Origin: an uncultured cyanobacterium
Lineage (GTDB): Bacteria; Cyanobacteriota; Cyanobacteriia; Cyanobacteriales; CAWUOF01
NCBI GenBank assembly: GCA_963744145.1
Contig: CAVUSO010000001.1
Span: 6,496,001 to 6,560,000 of the forward strand
Direction of reading: 5' to 3'
Length of the DNA: 64,000 nt
This document shows positions 21,350 to 30,577 of this stretch, piece by piece. The notes beneath the pieces are model-generated. The model ran no database searches, was not told where the DNA came from, and saw only the letters and a program-made list of their open reading frames with translations. The position numbers and the translations under genes are program-made. Numbering within the stretch: position 1 is the first letter of the stretch; each line of letters starts with the position of its first letter.

Positions 21350-22690
21350 CTACAAATCAATAACTATTCTGCTAGTTTTGGGTTTAGAAATACAAATCAG
21401 CACAGAACCCTCTGGGACTGAAGCGGTGGGGGGTTGCTGATATTCAACTTCACCTTCTACGAGTCGGCATTCACAGGTGCCACAAATACCCTGCCGACAA
21501 CTATAGTCAGGATTTACATTATTTGCTTCTAAAAATTCTAGCAAACTATCGGCATCTCCCTGCCAAGACAAAGTTTTTTCCGATTTGGATAAGACGATCT
21601 CTGCACCCTCACCTTTAACAGTTGCTGGAGCAGAAGTGGATGTAACTTCGGCTGTAGTTTTACTCGCCTTTGTAAACATCTCAAAAAATACTCTACTATC
21701 GGGTACACCTGCCTCTCTTAAACCTGTACGAATCGAATCCATGAAAGGAGGAGAACCACAAAGAAAATATTCTGCTTCCTGTTTCACTAGAGATTGAATT
21801 AATGGAACATCAACATATCCTGTACTTTGATAATGACCCTCATCTTCAGGACGTGGTTTACTGTAGGCGTAATGGATAGTTAGGTTGGGGTTCTGTTGGG
21901 CGATCGCTTCCACCTCATCACAAAAAGCGTGGAAACTGCCATCTCTAGCACCATGAAAAAACCAAATCTGTCTTTGGGGATTTAACAGAGTAGTAGCTTT
22001 AGCCATCGCCAACATTGGAGTAATGCCTACCCCGTTACTAACTAATACAATGGGTATAGACTGCTGAACATCCAGAGCAAATTTACCACTGGGAGGTTTT
22101 GCAGGAATAATCGATCCTACCTGAATGCGATCGTGCATGAAATTAGAAGCAATACCTGGTGGCACATCTAACCCTTTTGGTGCGGGTTCGCGTTTAATAG
22201 ATAAACGATAGTATTGACCAGAACTAGAATAGTCAGAGAGAGAATAGGTGCGAATAGTTGGTCTAGACTGTTCGGGAATATCTAGTTTGATCGTTAAAAA
22301 CTGTCCTGGTTGGAAATTAGGAATTTCACCTTGATCCTGTGGTTTTAGGTAAAAAGAAGTGATCTCTTGACTTTCTTCTACTTTGCGCTCAACTACAAAA
22401 TTTCGCCAATCCTGCCAACCACTTTTATCCATTTTTTGTGGTTGGTTAATCGGCGCATTAGTTAGAATTTGTTTTTGCTTTTCTTCTTTCTCATATACAA
22501 AACCAAAAACTGCGCCACATCCAGTTGCAAAAAGACTACTAAAAAAAGCCGTTTTATAGACAGATTCTTTCTTTAAGTTGGCCATCTCAATCACTAGACC
22601 ATAACCAATCGTTGTGATCGAGCCAGCTACGATCGCGGCTGTAATACCTCTAATCAATGGATTCTTGATCGTCGTTAAATCATCCAGCAT
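21350..22690 (-). CDS. Membrane-anchored FAD/NAD(P)-binding oxidoreductase with C-terminal 2Fe-2S ferredoxin
   Basis: Two N-terminal TMs; RTYSLS, GVGITP, CGSPPFM; CRQGICGTC...C. Confidence 0.9.
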   Translation of the reverse strand: MLDDLTTIKNPLIRGITAAIVAGSITTIGYGLVIEMANLKKESVYKTAFFSSLFATGCGAVFGFVYEKEEKQKQILTNAPINQPQKMDKSGWQDWRNFVVERKVEESQEITSFYLKPQDQGEIPNFQPGQFLTIKLDIPEQSRPTIRTYSLSDYSSSGQYYRLSIKREPAPKGLDVPPGIASNFMHDRIQVGSIIPAKPPSGKFALDVQQSIPIVLVSNGVGITPMLAMAKATTLLNPQRQIWFFHGARDGSFHAFCDEVEAIAQQNPNLTIHYAYSKPRPEDEGHYQSTGYVDVPLIQSLVKQEAEYFLCGSPPFMDSIRTGLREAGVPDSRVFFEMFTKASKTTAEVTSTSAPATVKGEGAEIVLSKSEKTLSWQGDADSLLEFLEANNVNPDYSCRQGICGTCECRLVEGEVEYQQPPTASVPEGSVLICISKPKTSRIVIDL

Positions 22691-22861
22691 AATTACTCCC
22701 TTTAATAAAGGAAACGCTCCAGCACCATGCTATATTTATATGGACAGTAAAAAGTCGATCGCCCAATTTTCCTAAGATAACATATAGTGAGCTAAAAGAC
22801 TCGCACTCCCTCTTAGATCCTTATACCAATTCACGCGCTTAAGATACATTAATAAGATTGA

Positions 22862-22975
22862 TCTGTGAAACATTTACCTTTGTATCCCCTGATTAATTTC
22901 TCCCACCTGTAATGCTTCTCGAAAGTGAAAAACATAAATACTCATATAGTTATCATTTAATTAATCAGCTTTTAT
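22862..22975 (-). pseudogene. Degenerate caspase-domain fragment, paralog of the 26242-27286 gene
   Basis: Reads ..MSIYVFHFREALQ.GGRN*SGDTKVNVS, versus SMSIYTFHFLEALQGGGNQPGDTEVNVS in the longer gene. Confidence 0.7.
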
Positions 22976-23027
22976 ACTTAGCCAAGTATAGTAAAATTTT
23001 CTGATCGCTAGTCTGTAAAACTGACGT

Positions 23028-23281
23028 TAATGGAGTTTGGCAATTACCGTGCCTATCCTAGGATCTGATATACTCCGAACTACTTCATTACTTTGGTTAT
23101 TTTGGTCACCTATCTGGATTCCTTTCGCTTCTTAAATATTGATAATATACTTAGCCTCTTGTCGCAAAATTTGACGATTATCATCAGGACACAAAATCTG
23201 ATCTAATTGAGATAACTCAGATTCAGTGTGTTGCCCTTGGATAATTTGATCTATAATTTTTTTTAACTTATCTTCTATCAT
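23028..23281 (-). pseudogene. EAD10-like domain gene with premature stop
   Basis: MIEDKLKKIIDQIIQGQHTESELSQL...RQEAKYIINI*EAKGIQIGDQ; TAA at 23132-23134. Confidence 0.7.
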
Positions 23282-23293
23282 AGTATTAAAGAG

Positions 23294-23333
23294 ATAATGA
23301 TCAGATTGTGATTGAGATGACTAATGCGCCACT
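23294..23333. repeat. 40-bp intergenic direct repeat, copy 1
   Basis: ATAATGATCAGATTGTGATTGAGATGACTAATGCGCCACT; 32/40 identical to 23621-23660. Confidence 0.7.
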
Positions 23334-23371
23334 GAAGAAGTAAAAGACTTTTACCTATGTCATAGGATTAG

Positions 23372-23578
23372 TTAGATCCTCAATAATTCAACTCGCAAAT
23401 TTTCTATATTGATCGGAATATAGTTAAGTCGCTCAAAGCCAATCACCCGTCCCGCTTGATTTTTGATCAGAATCACTTCTTCTTCTGTTTCCTCTGCCAT
23501 AAATTCCTGGATGGGGTCATCAAACCAAACTGTAAGAGTTTTGCCCACTTCGTCATAGTAGATTTTTAGGCTGTCCAT
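23372..23578 (-). CDS. DUF2283-family small antitoxin-like protein
   Basis: LKIYYDEVGKTLTVWF...VILIKNQAGRVIGFE. Confidence 0.8.
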   Translation of the reverse strand: MDSLKIYYDEVGKTLTVWFDDPIQEFMAEETEEEVILIKNQAGRVIGFERLNYIPINIENLRVELLRI

Positions 23579-23620
23579 ATAAGGCTTCAAACTTTAATCC
23601 GGTTGGTTTAATCAGTGGTT

Positions 23621-23660
23621 ATAGTGATCATATTGCGATCAAGATTACTAACGCACCACT
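23621..23660. repeat. 40-bp intergenic direct repeat, copy 2
   Basis: ATAGTGATCATATTGCGATCAAGATTACTAACGCACCACT. Confidence 0.7.
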
Positions 23661-23871
23661 AAGCAAACAGTAATCTACCTTTGGATTCTGGAATAGGTCG
23701 CCCTAATTCTTGTGCTGTTGCAATCCACTCTTGGATAACGATTTCGGCATTTTGTACTGCTTCCTGATAGGTTTTACCATCTGCGGCACAACCGGGCAAC
23801 TCTGGCACTTCAACAATAAATGATTGATCGACTTCACTCCAGTCAATAATTAGTTTATACTTAATCTTCAT
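23659..23871 (-). CDS. hicB: HicB-family antitoxin; only a C-terminal scrap of the upstream HicA-like gene remains
   Basis: FIVEVPELPGCAADGKTYQEA; overlapping upstream frame EVILAYHLGTQDED*. Confidence 0.85.
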   Translation of the reverse strand: MKIKYKLIIDWSEVDQSFIVEVPELPGCAADGKTYQEAVQNAEIVIQEWIATAQELGRPIPESKGRLLFA

Positions 23872-23920
23872 CTTGAGTTCCAAGGTGATAGGCTAAAATT
23901 ACCTCAATCAAGCACATCAG

Positions 23921-24120
23921 CTACGTTACGATCGTTAGGATAAGCTCTTGAGGATTAAATAGTTGACGCTTAGAAGCATTCAGAAATTCGATGCTAACAG
24001 GTTTTTTAGTTTCGTCATAACTGACAATCACACCCCAGGTTCAGAGATAGCATTGACTGGAAAAATATCACAGAAGACAAAAATTAGAATGTCTGTTTCT
24101 GCATCATATTTAACTTTCAT
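23921..24120 (-). pseudogene. Frameshifted DUF2283-family gene
   Basis: MKVKYDAETDILI... then in another frame IVSYDETKKPVSIEFLNAS. Confidence 0.7.
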
Positions 24121-24429
24121 TTATATTCTCCTGCCAATATTGCTTGACTTGGTTTGTCTATTATAGAGCAATACGGTTCAGTTAAGACCTGATTTGGATA
24201 GATGAACCACCAAGACACTCATGGCACTAAGGTTAGGAAGTTTGGTCTGATCACTTCTTCGTATCTTGGTGTCTTGGTGGTAAAAATCTCATGACTTACT
24301 AAGCTAGAAAATCTATTTTTTCTTTAACTGAACTGTATTGTATTATAGAGTTAAAATCTGCCTGTTTTTACCTATTTCAACAAAGGGTACTCTCAAAAGA
24401 CCTTTACGCTGTTTAATTTGAGCTATCAA
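24110..24429 (-). pseudogene. C-terminal remnant of a DUF4258-like toxin, interrupted by a MITE
   Basis: After MITE removal reads LIAQIKQRKGLLRVPFVEIGKNRQILTL**TNQVKQYWQE and overlaps the DUF2283 start. Confidence 0.6.
24169..24340. mobile_element. Complete 172-bp MITE with ~17-bp TIRs and 10-bp target duplication
   Basis: CAATACGGTTCAGTTAA...TTAACTGAACTGTATTG; TATTATAGAG at 24159-68 and 24341-50; internal ACCACCAAGACAC/GTGTCTTGGTGGT hairpin. Confidence 0.92.
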
Positions 24430-26236
24430 AATTTATTTCTGTATTAATAAATAAAAAAGGAGTAATAATTAAATCCAACGATTGAAGATAAACTGTAATA
24501 AAAATTTGTTCAATATATTGATATAACCCTTCTTTTCCTTTACCAAAAAGACTATAATAGAGAAATTCAGTAATTAAGTTTCTCCATTCTTTATCTTCAT
24601 AGGGATCAGGTAAAGTAGTTTGAGAATCAAAAAGTTCGTCAGCTTGCTGTTTAAAGTAATCAGCTAACAAGATATTTGTTTTACGAAACTGATTTTTATT
24701 ATCCTGAAAATAAGATTGTCGAAATACATCTCTAACTACCTCATCTAAACGATACTGATGTTTAGTAAACTCAACAAAATCTGAGTTTTTTAACCATTCA
24801 AAATATATCTCTGCATTTTTAGTATGCTGCTGTCCCCCTAAGTCATCACTTTCTAATAGATACTGAATTATGGCTAAATTAAACCACCGACAACAAGCTA
24901 CCATCTGCAAAATTTTTCTCTGTCCGTAATTTAGACCTTGAAAAAATAATTCGGTAATTTCCTTATTTCCCCTGGAAAAGTCAATTTCTTGACATTGCTC
25001 TTTTTGCTTCCGTATCCAATTTAGATAATAAGGTAATCCTTGAGTTGTCTTGTATATTTTGGCGCGTGTACCACCATTTTCAATTCCTATTTGCTGAAGA
25101 TATTTGTCTGTATTATTCTTGCTAAACTTGTTCAGATGTACCTCATAAAGAAGATTTCGATCTTGGTTAAGCTTACGCCAACCTTCATTTTTTTGTAGCG
25201 ATCGCCTTCCTATAACCACTAGCCTTATTGGTGCAGAATATAATATTGTATCTTCTACAAAATATTGCCATAACCATTGATTCAAATAAGTTTGAGCTTT
25301 TTCATAGGTATCCAAAACCAAGACAAGGGGACGTTTTGTTCGCTGGATAATTTGGATTAAACTTATAGCAAATGCTTGAGTTAGTTTAGCAACTGGTTGT
25401 AACATCAGTGCCTGTAATTCAGGCTGATCTTTAGTTACAGGATGATTTCTTACTAGCTGTTGACTCCATTCTTGTAAATTTTCAGAATCTTCACTCATTG
25501 TAATTGCTAAATCAGAAAATATGAAATTTGATTTAGTTGAGATTGATGTCAAACTTGTTGAACCTAGCCAAATTAATTGTTCAAACCAGTTTGTAATCTT
25601 CTTTGCTTCTTCACTACTGGCTTTACCACCATTAACTGACTGGTTACTTAATTCAAATAGAGTTTTTTCAAATTGTTGTTCTTGTTGTGTAAATGAATCA
25701 AGACTAGATTTTACATCTAAAAACTTTTTATTCCTCGCTTGTTGATGTAATTTACGCATCAATTTTAGAGGTGTTTCAATATTAGGAGTTTTAGCAAAAC
25801 AAACCTCTATAAAATCAACTTTATCTGTGTAAGTTTCCTTTAATCGACCTAGTAATGTTGTTTTACCTACTCCACCAATTCCGTAAATATTAAATAATAG
25901 AGGTTGTTCATGAGGGTGTTTTAGCGCATTGTCAAAATTTTCTAATAACCTTTTTGCCTCATCTCTTTCAATATAATATTTATCAGGCAATGGTGATCGC
26001 ATTCGAGAGAAATACTCTATCTCAACTGGCTCTTCTGGTTGGAACTCTTTCCTTGCTAATTGTGCTACCTCTAGTCGAGCCTTCAAATTTTCAACTTCTT
26101 TGCGTTTATCATTCAACTCAATGTTTAGGTTTGACGGAATTGTCAGGATAGTGTATCCCGCTGCTTTTCTCTCCAAATCTAAAAGCACAGTTTGGGCAAT
26201 TTCCAATGTTTTTTTCAATCCAAGACAATCGTCCAT
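24413..26236 (-). CDS. STAND-class P-loop NTPase with N-terminal helical adaptor; probably 3'-truncated
   Basis: Walker A GIGGVGKT, Walker B LVLVLDTYE, GxP motif TQGLPYYL; 3' end runs into the DUF4258 remnant. Confidence 0.85.
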   Translation of the reverse strand: MDDCLGLKKTLEIAQTVLLDLERKAAGYTILTIPSNLNIELNDKRKEVENLKARLEVAQLARKEFQPEEPVEIEYFSRMRSPLPDKYYIERDEAKRLLENFDNALKHPHEQPLLFNIYGIGGVGKTTLLGRLKETYTDKVDFIEVCFAKTPNIETPLKLMRKLHQQARNKKFLDVKSSLDSFTQQEQQFEKTLFELSNQSVNGGKASSEEAKKITNWFEQLIWLGSTSLTSISTKSNFIFSDLAITMSEDSENLQEWSQQLVRNHPVTKDQPELQALMLQPVAKLTQAFAISLIQIIQRTKRPLVLVLDTYEKAQTYLNQWLWQYFVEDTILYSAPIRLVVIGRRSLQKNEGWRKLNQDRNLLYEVHLNKFSKNNTDKYLQQIGIENGGTRAKIYKTTQGLPYYLNWIRKQKEQCQEIDFSRGNKEITELFFQGLNYGQRKILQMVACCRWFNLAIIQYLLESDDLGGQQHTKNAEIYFEWLKNSDFVEFTKHQYRLDEVVRDVFRQSYFQDNKNQFRKTNILLADYFKQQADELFDSQTTLPDPYEDKEWRNLITEFLYYSLFGKGKEGLYQYIEQIFITVYLQSLDLIITPFLFINTEINFDSSN

Positions 26237-26241
26237 ATAAA

Positions 26242-27286
26242 CTAACTATTCCTTAATCTTTTCTCTAGTTCAGCTACTTCTTGACGCTTTTCTTCTAGTT
26301 CAATCCGCAAATGAGCAGGCATTTGCAATTTACTAAAGCCAGCGACTTGTTCTTCTAGAATAGCTAATGATCGCCGCGCCATAGCTAATGCAGGAGTTAT
26401 AATTTCATGATTTGTCATCACTTTAGGCAATTCTAAGCTTTTATCTATATTGAACTGTCCCTGACCACCACATAATAGAGCGATCGCAAAATCATCTGTA
26501 TCAAAATCAAAATGGGGAATTTGTTCAACATTATATAAATCTTTAGCTGTTTTAGGTACAGTTTTACCTAAATAATTCATTAAATTAGAAACATTTACCT
26601 CTGTATCCCCTGGTTGATTCCCTCCACCCTGTAACGCTTCTAGAAAATGAAAAGTATAGATACTCATGCTATCATCTTTAATCCATGACTGTTGTTCACC
26701 TTCAGAAGAAGTAAATACTACTCTTCCTTTTCCTTGTTTTAAAGCAGAAATTAAACCCTTAGATGGAGAAAGTCGCTGAAAATTATCGAATTCTTCAAAC
26801 AATTGAGCATCGGCTATATCTGCATCTTTAGATGTTGCCATTCCTGCCGCATGACAGCTATCTATTACTACTAACAAACGTTCCGCTTTAATTTGACGTA
26901 ATGCTTCTGTAAAATCTTTCGCTGATAAGGCTGAATTTGCTAATTTAGATGGCTTAACATCATGTTGCAATAAATAATAGGCATTGTCGGTTTTATCCAC
27001 CCAACCATGTCCAGAATAATAAATAAATACCGTTGCTTGAGAATCTTTTCCAGCTTTTTCTTTCAGCCATTTTAAACTTTCTAAAATCTTAGCTTTTGTT
27101 GTTTCTTGATTATTCAAAACCTGAATATGGTCTTGATCATTTACATAACCGCACAATTCAGGATCAATTAATGCAGCATAAATGGCTTGAGTATCCTTAA
27201 CAGTTACTAGGTAAGGATAGAGGTTTATAAGCAGATTCTCCCACGCCAATGAGTAAGGCATAACCACTTTCAAAACTTTTAGCCAT
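26242..27286 (-). pseudogene. Caspase-like (C14) protease with C-terminal adaptor domain; +1 frameshift near 27208
   Basis: YYSGHG and IDSCHA catalytic dyad; true N-terminus MAKSFESGYALLIGVGES..LSLP lies in another frame. Confidence 0.88.
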
Positions 27287-27540
27287 AGTTTCCATTGTTG
27301 ACATAATTTAACATTGATAACGACTAACTCAAAACACTAAATGGTGATATTATCAAAGTGAATCATCAGCTTTATGAATAATTCCAGGATAATGTCTCAT
27401 CAATTTATTAAGATTCTGTTATCGGCGCGATCGCAGTAAAGTATGAGAAAAGCTAAGATGGCGATCGCCCAACTAGGTAGTTGCATAGGTGAGTGCCGAT
27501 CAACTAAAATATCTGCCTCTGAATCATAGCATGGTAAATA

Positions 27541-28436
27541 ATGTCCTTCGATAACCTGTGTAAACTCTTAGCAGAAAAATATCCAGACCCTTTTGCCACC
27601 TGGATTTTAGGTGAAAAGCCCCCAATAGTGCAGGTATTGAAAACTGAATTAAGCATCGAACCAATTCGAGCAGATTCAGTCCTATTCCTGCAAACCTCTG
27701 ACCGGATCTTACATCTGGAATTCCAGGTCAAACTAGAATCCGAGCCAGATGGTTACCATTAAGAATGCTAGACTATTGGGTAAGGTTATATCGGCTGTAC
27801 CGCAAACCAATTACCCAAGTAATTATTTTATTACTACCTCCCGCACCAGGAACAGTCATTGAAACCGCCTTTGTCCTAGAAACAACTCGCCATGAGTATC
27901 GGGTAATTAGGTTATGGGAAGAAGACCCTAACATATTTCTGTCTGATCCAGCATTGCTACCCTTAGCATCTTTAGCAGCAACGTCCCAACCAGAACAGTT
28001 GCTCGCACAAGTCGCACAGCAAGTAAATAGAATCGAGTCAGTTACACAGCAACGGGAAGTATCTACATACGTTCAAATCTTAGCAGGATTGAAGTTTAAT
28101 CAACAAATTTTGCATCGATTATTTCGGGAGAATGCTATGCGAGAATCAGTGATTTATCAGGAGATTTTGCAAGAAGGTCGAGATGAAGGTCTCCAAGAAG
28201 GACACCAAAAAGGTCGTCAAGAAGGTCTTCAGGAAGGTCGTCAAGAAGGTCTTCAGGAAGAAGCTCGTGCTTTTGTTCTTCGTCTTCTGACTCGACGGTT
28301 TGGGTCAATAGATGAGACGGTGCGATCGCAGATTTCTACTCTACCCGTTGCATTGCTAGAAGACTTAGGTGAAGCACTCTTGGATTTTTCCTCTGTTGCT
28401 GAGTTACCAGTTTGGTTAGAAACTCATCACCCCTAA
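27541..28436 (+). pseudogene. Rpn-family (PD-(D/E)XK, DUF4351) protein split by a frameshift near 27750
   Basis: TELSIEPIRADS, HLEFQ | LPLRMLDYW, MRESVIYQEI, QEG repeats, LEDLGEALLDF. Confidence 0.88.
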
Positions 28437-28461
28437 GTAGCTGTTGGGGAGTCATTTTTGC

Positions 28462-28580
28462 TAAGTAGTCGGACATAAATAAACGTAAGTATGTCATTGC
28501 GAGGGTCGCGAAGCAATCGCAGGTCTTGAGGTAGTTCCGCAACCCTCCTATGGCACTGTTTATTTTTGTCCAGGTACTTA
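28462..28580. mobile_element. MITE with ~23-bp imperfect TIRs bounded by TA
   Basis: TAAGTAGTCGGACATAAATAAAC ... GTTTATTTTTGTCCAGGTACTTA. Confidence 0.75.
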
Positions 28581-28693
28581 TCCGTCGAATTGACGTTAAA
28601 TAATAGAAAACCTATTCCCAAAAATATCAAATATGAATCCGCAATAACTTTACCAATAGGAAAATTACAATCAAATCAGATCCAAACAACAGA

Positions 28694-29677
28694 TTAACGA
28701 CCAAGAAGACATAACTCAATCATCTTAGTTTGTAAAGTAGATAGTTCTGGTGCCCCTGATTTCAAACTCACTTCCAATTCTAACAATAGAGGTAAACTTT
28801 GTTGCAGACGGCTCAAAGAAATATGCTGAACTTCTTTGCGTAAAAAATAAATTCGTTTGGGATTAGGAATTTCTGCGGCTTTAGCAATCTTATTCTCATC
28901 ACGTTCCCCCGATTCCACCATTAATTTTACCCATAACCAAGTCCGAAATTGGCCCACTAAAGTCGCTACAATCCGGAGTGCTGGTTCATTACGATTAATT
29001 AAGTCCCCTACCACCTCCAAAGTTTTGGCAATATCACCTTGGAGAATTAAACTAGCTAACTGTAAACTATTTTGAGTATTAGCCGTGACCAAATTGGCCA
29101 CATCTGCTGCGGTTAAAGGTTTTTGGTGAGCAGAATAAAAAAGTTGTAATTTTTGCAGTTCATTAAACAATTGCCGGGTATCATTACCTAGGGAGTGAGC
29201 TAAAAATTCAATGCCAGAATGATCAAGTTTCACCCCAACATCCTCAGCTGCTTCCCGGACTTGCTGGACTAATTGTTCAGTTTTCCAGGGGGGAATCGGA
29301 GCAAATTCTTTATACTGCTCGGTATGGTTTTGTAATAACTTTGTAGATTTAAGCCGTCCATCTGGCTTATGACGACAGGTAAGTAACAATACTGTAGCGT
29401 CTGGAATCACACCCAAAGTGCGCTCCAATTCAGCTAATAATGGTTCGGGACAATGCTGTGTCAGAGTTGTATCAACTAACCAGACTAAACGACCACCACT
29501 ACCAAAGGGAGGGGTCATAGCTTGAGTCAGCGCTTGGATTACAGCATCTGGATCGTCAGGGGAAATTTTATCGTAATTAAAACTAGCCCAACTTGGATCG
29601 AGGATGCGATCGCGTAATTTCTTAACCGCTTGCTGGAGAGAGAAGTCATCTTCTCCCCAATAAAGGTAAATTGGCAT
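28694..29677 (-). CDS. holA: DNA polymerase III delta subunit
   Basis: MPIYLYWGEDDF, TPPFGSGGRLV, KPDGRLKSTK, NELQKL. Confidence 0.92.
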   Translation of the reverse strand: MPIYLYWGEDDFSLQQAVKKLRDRILDPSWASFNYDKISPDDPDAVIQALTQAMTPPFGSGGRLVWLVDTTLTQHCPEPLLAELERTLGVIPDATVLLLTCRHKPDGRLKSTKLLQNHTEQYKEFAPIPPWKTEQLVQQVREAAEDVGVKLDHSGIEFLAHSLGNDTRQLFNELQKLQLFYSAHQKPLTAADVANLVTANTQNSLQLASLILQGDIAKTLEVVGDLINRNEPALRIVATLVGQFRTWLWVKLMVESGERDENKIAKAAEIPNPKRIYFLRKEVQHISLSRLQQSLPLLLELEVSLKSGAPELSTLQTKMIELCLLGR

Positions 29678-29696
29678 TATAAATGATCAATTAATT

Positions 29697-30500
29697 GTGA
29701 GGCTATCGAGATTGGACGACAACTATCATATTTACTTAAACCGGGTAGTCAAAAACACCCTACCAGCTACCTACGATTCCCAATTACAACATATTCAGGA
29801 ATCTCCCAAATTTAAACATCCTGAATCAGGGGGTGAAAAGCAACCTGTACCTTTTCCGGGTTACACCATTATTACCCCTCCTTGGGAAGAAGACCAAAAA
29901 AATACTGATTTCTATGGGAGTTTACATCAAAGTCAGCAAGACCTGATCCAACAGGTAGAACCAGGTTTGATCTTACCCGTACCAGCAAATAGTTTCCATT
30001 TCACCTTAGCTGATTTAATTTGGGATAGCTCTTATCGTCACGTTATTGAGAAAAATCCTGACTTTGACGGACAACTACAAGCAAAGATTGGGGAAATTTT
30101 CCAGAAAACCCAACCCGAATTGCAAAGCGAGTCATCAATTTGTTGGCAATTATTGGGAATTATGCTCATGGCGCGAGCGATCGCGATTTGTTTAGCACCC
30201 AAAAATGAAGAATCTTACGAGCGGATTGTCCGATTTAGGCGTGAGATTTATCAAAATTCCGGTTTAATGGCTTTGGGGATTGAGCAGCAATATCATCTGA
30301 CTGCTCATGTCACGATCGGATATTTTGGCACCATTCCCACAGCTCTAGATCGCGATCGCTTGACCAAAACTGTCAGCCATATCAATGATCGTTGGCTCGA
30401 CTCACCGCAAGAAATTATTGTAGAGCGAGCCGAATTACGAAAATTTGATGATATGACGCGCTACTATCGGGAACCAGGATGGCCCGTGTTGACCTTTTAA
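29697..30500 (+). CDS. DUF1868 / 2H-phosphoesterase-fold protein
   Basis: Two HxT motifs (FHFTL, AHVTI); PFPGYT. Confidence 0.8.
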   Translation: MRLSRLDDNYHIYLNRVVKNTLPATYDSQLQHIQESPKFKHPESGGEKQPVPFPGYTIITPPWEEDQKNTDFYGSLHQSQQDLIQQVEPGLILPVPANSFHFTLADLIWDSSYRHVIEKNPDFDGQLQAKIGEIFQKTQPELQSESSICWQLLGIMLMARAIAICLAPKNEESYERIVRFRREIYQNSGLMALGIEQQYHLTAHVTIGYFGTIPTALDRDRLTKTVSHINDRWLDSPQEIIVERAELRKFDDMTRYYREPGWPVLTF

Positions 30501-30577
30501 TTTCCTACCAATTACCAGTGGCGATCGGGTTGGTGTTGATCATGGTGCGTTGATTTTACCAATAGCAGAGGGAAAAT

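Noticed and set aside
23621..23660. Chromosomal dif site
   Set aside because: Only GGTGCG resembles a XerC arm; there is no XerD-like arm, and the motif occurs twice.
28170..28262. QEG repeats in the Rpn gene as a special tandem array
   Set aside because: Normal variable coiled-coil repeats for this family.
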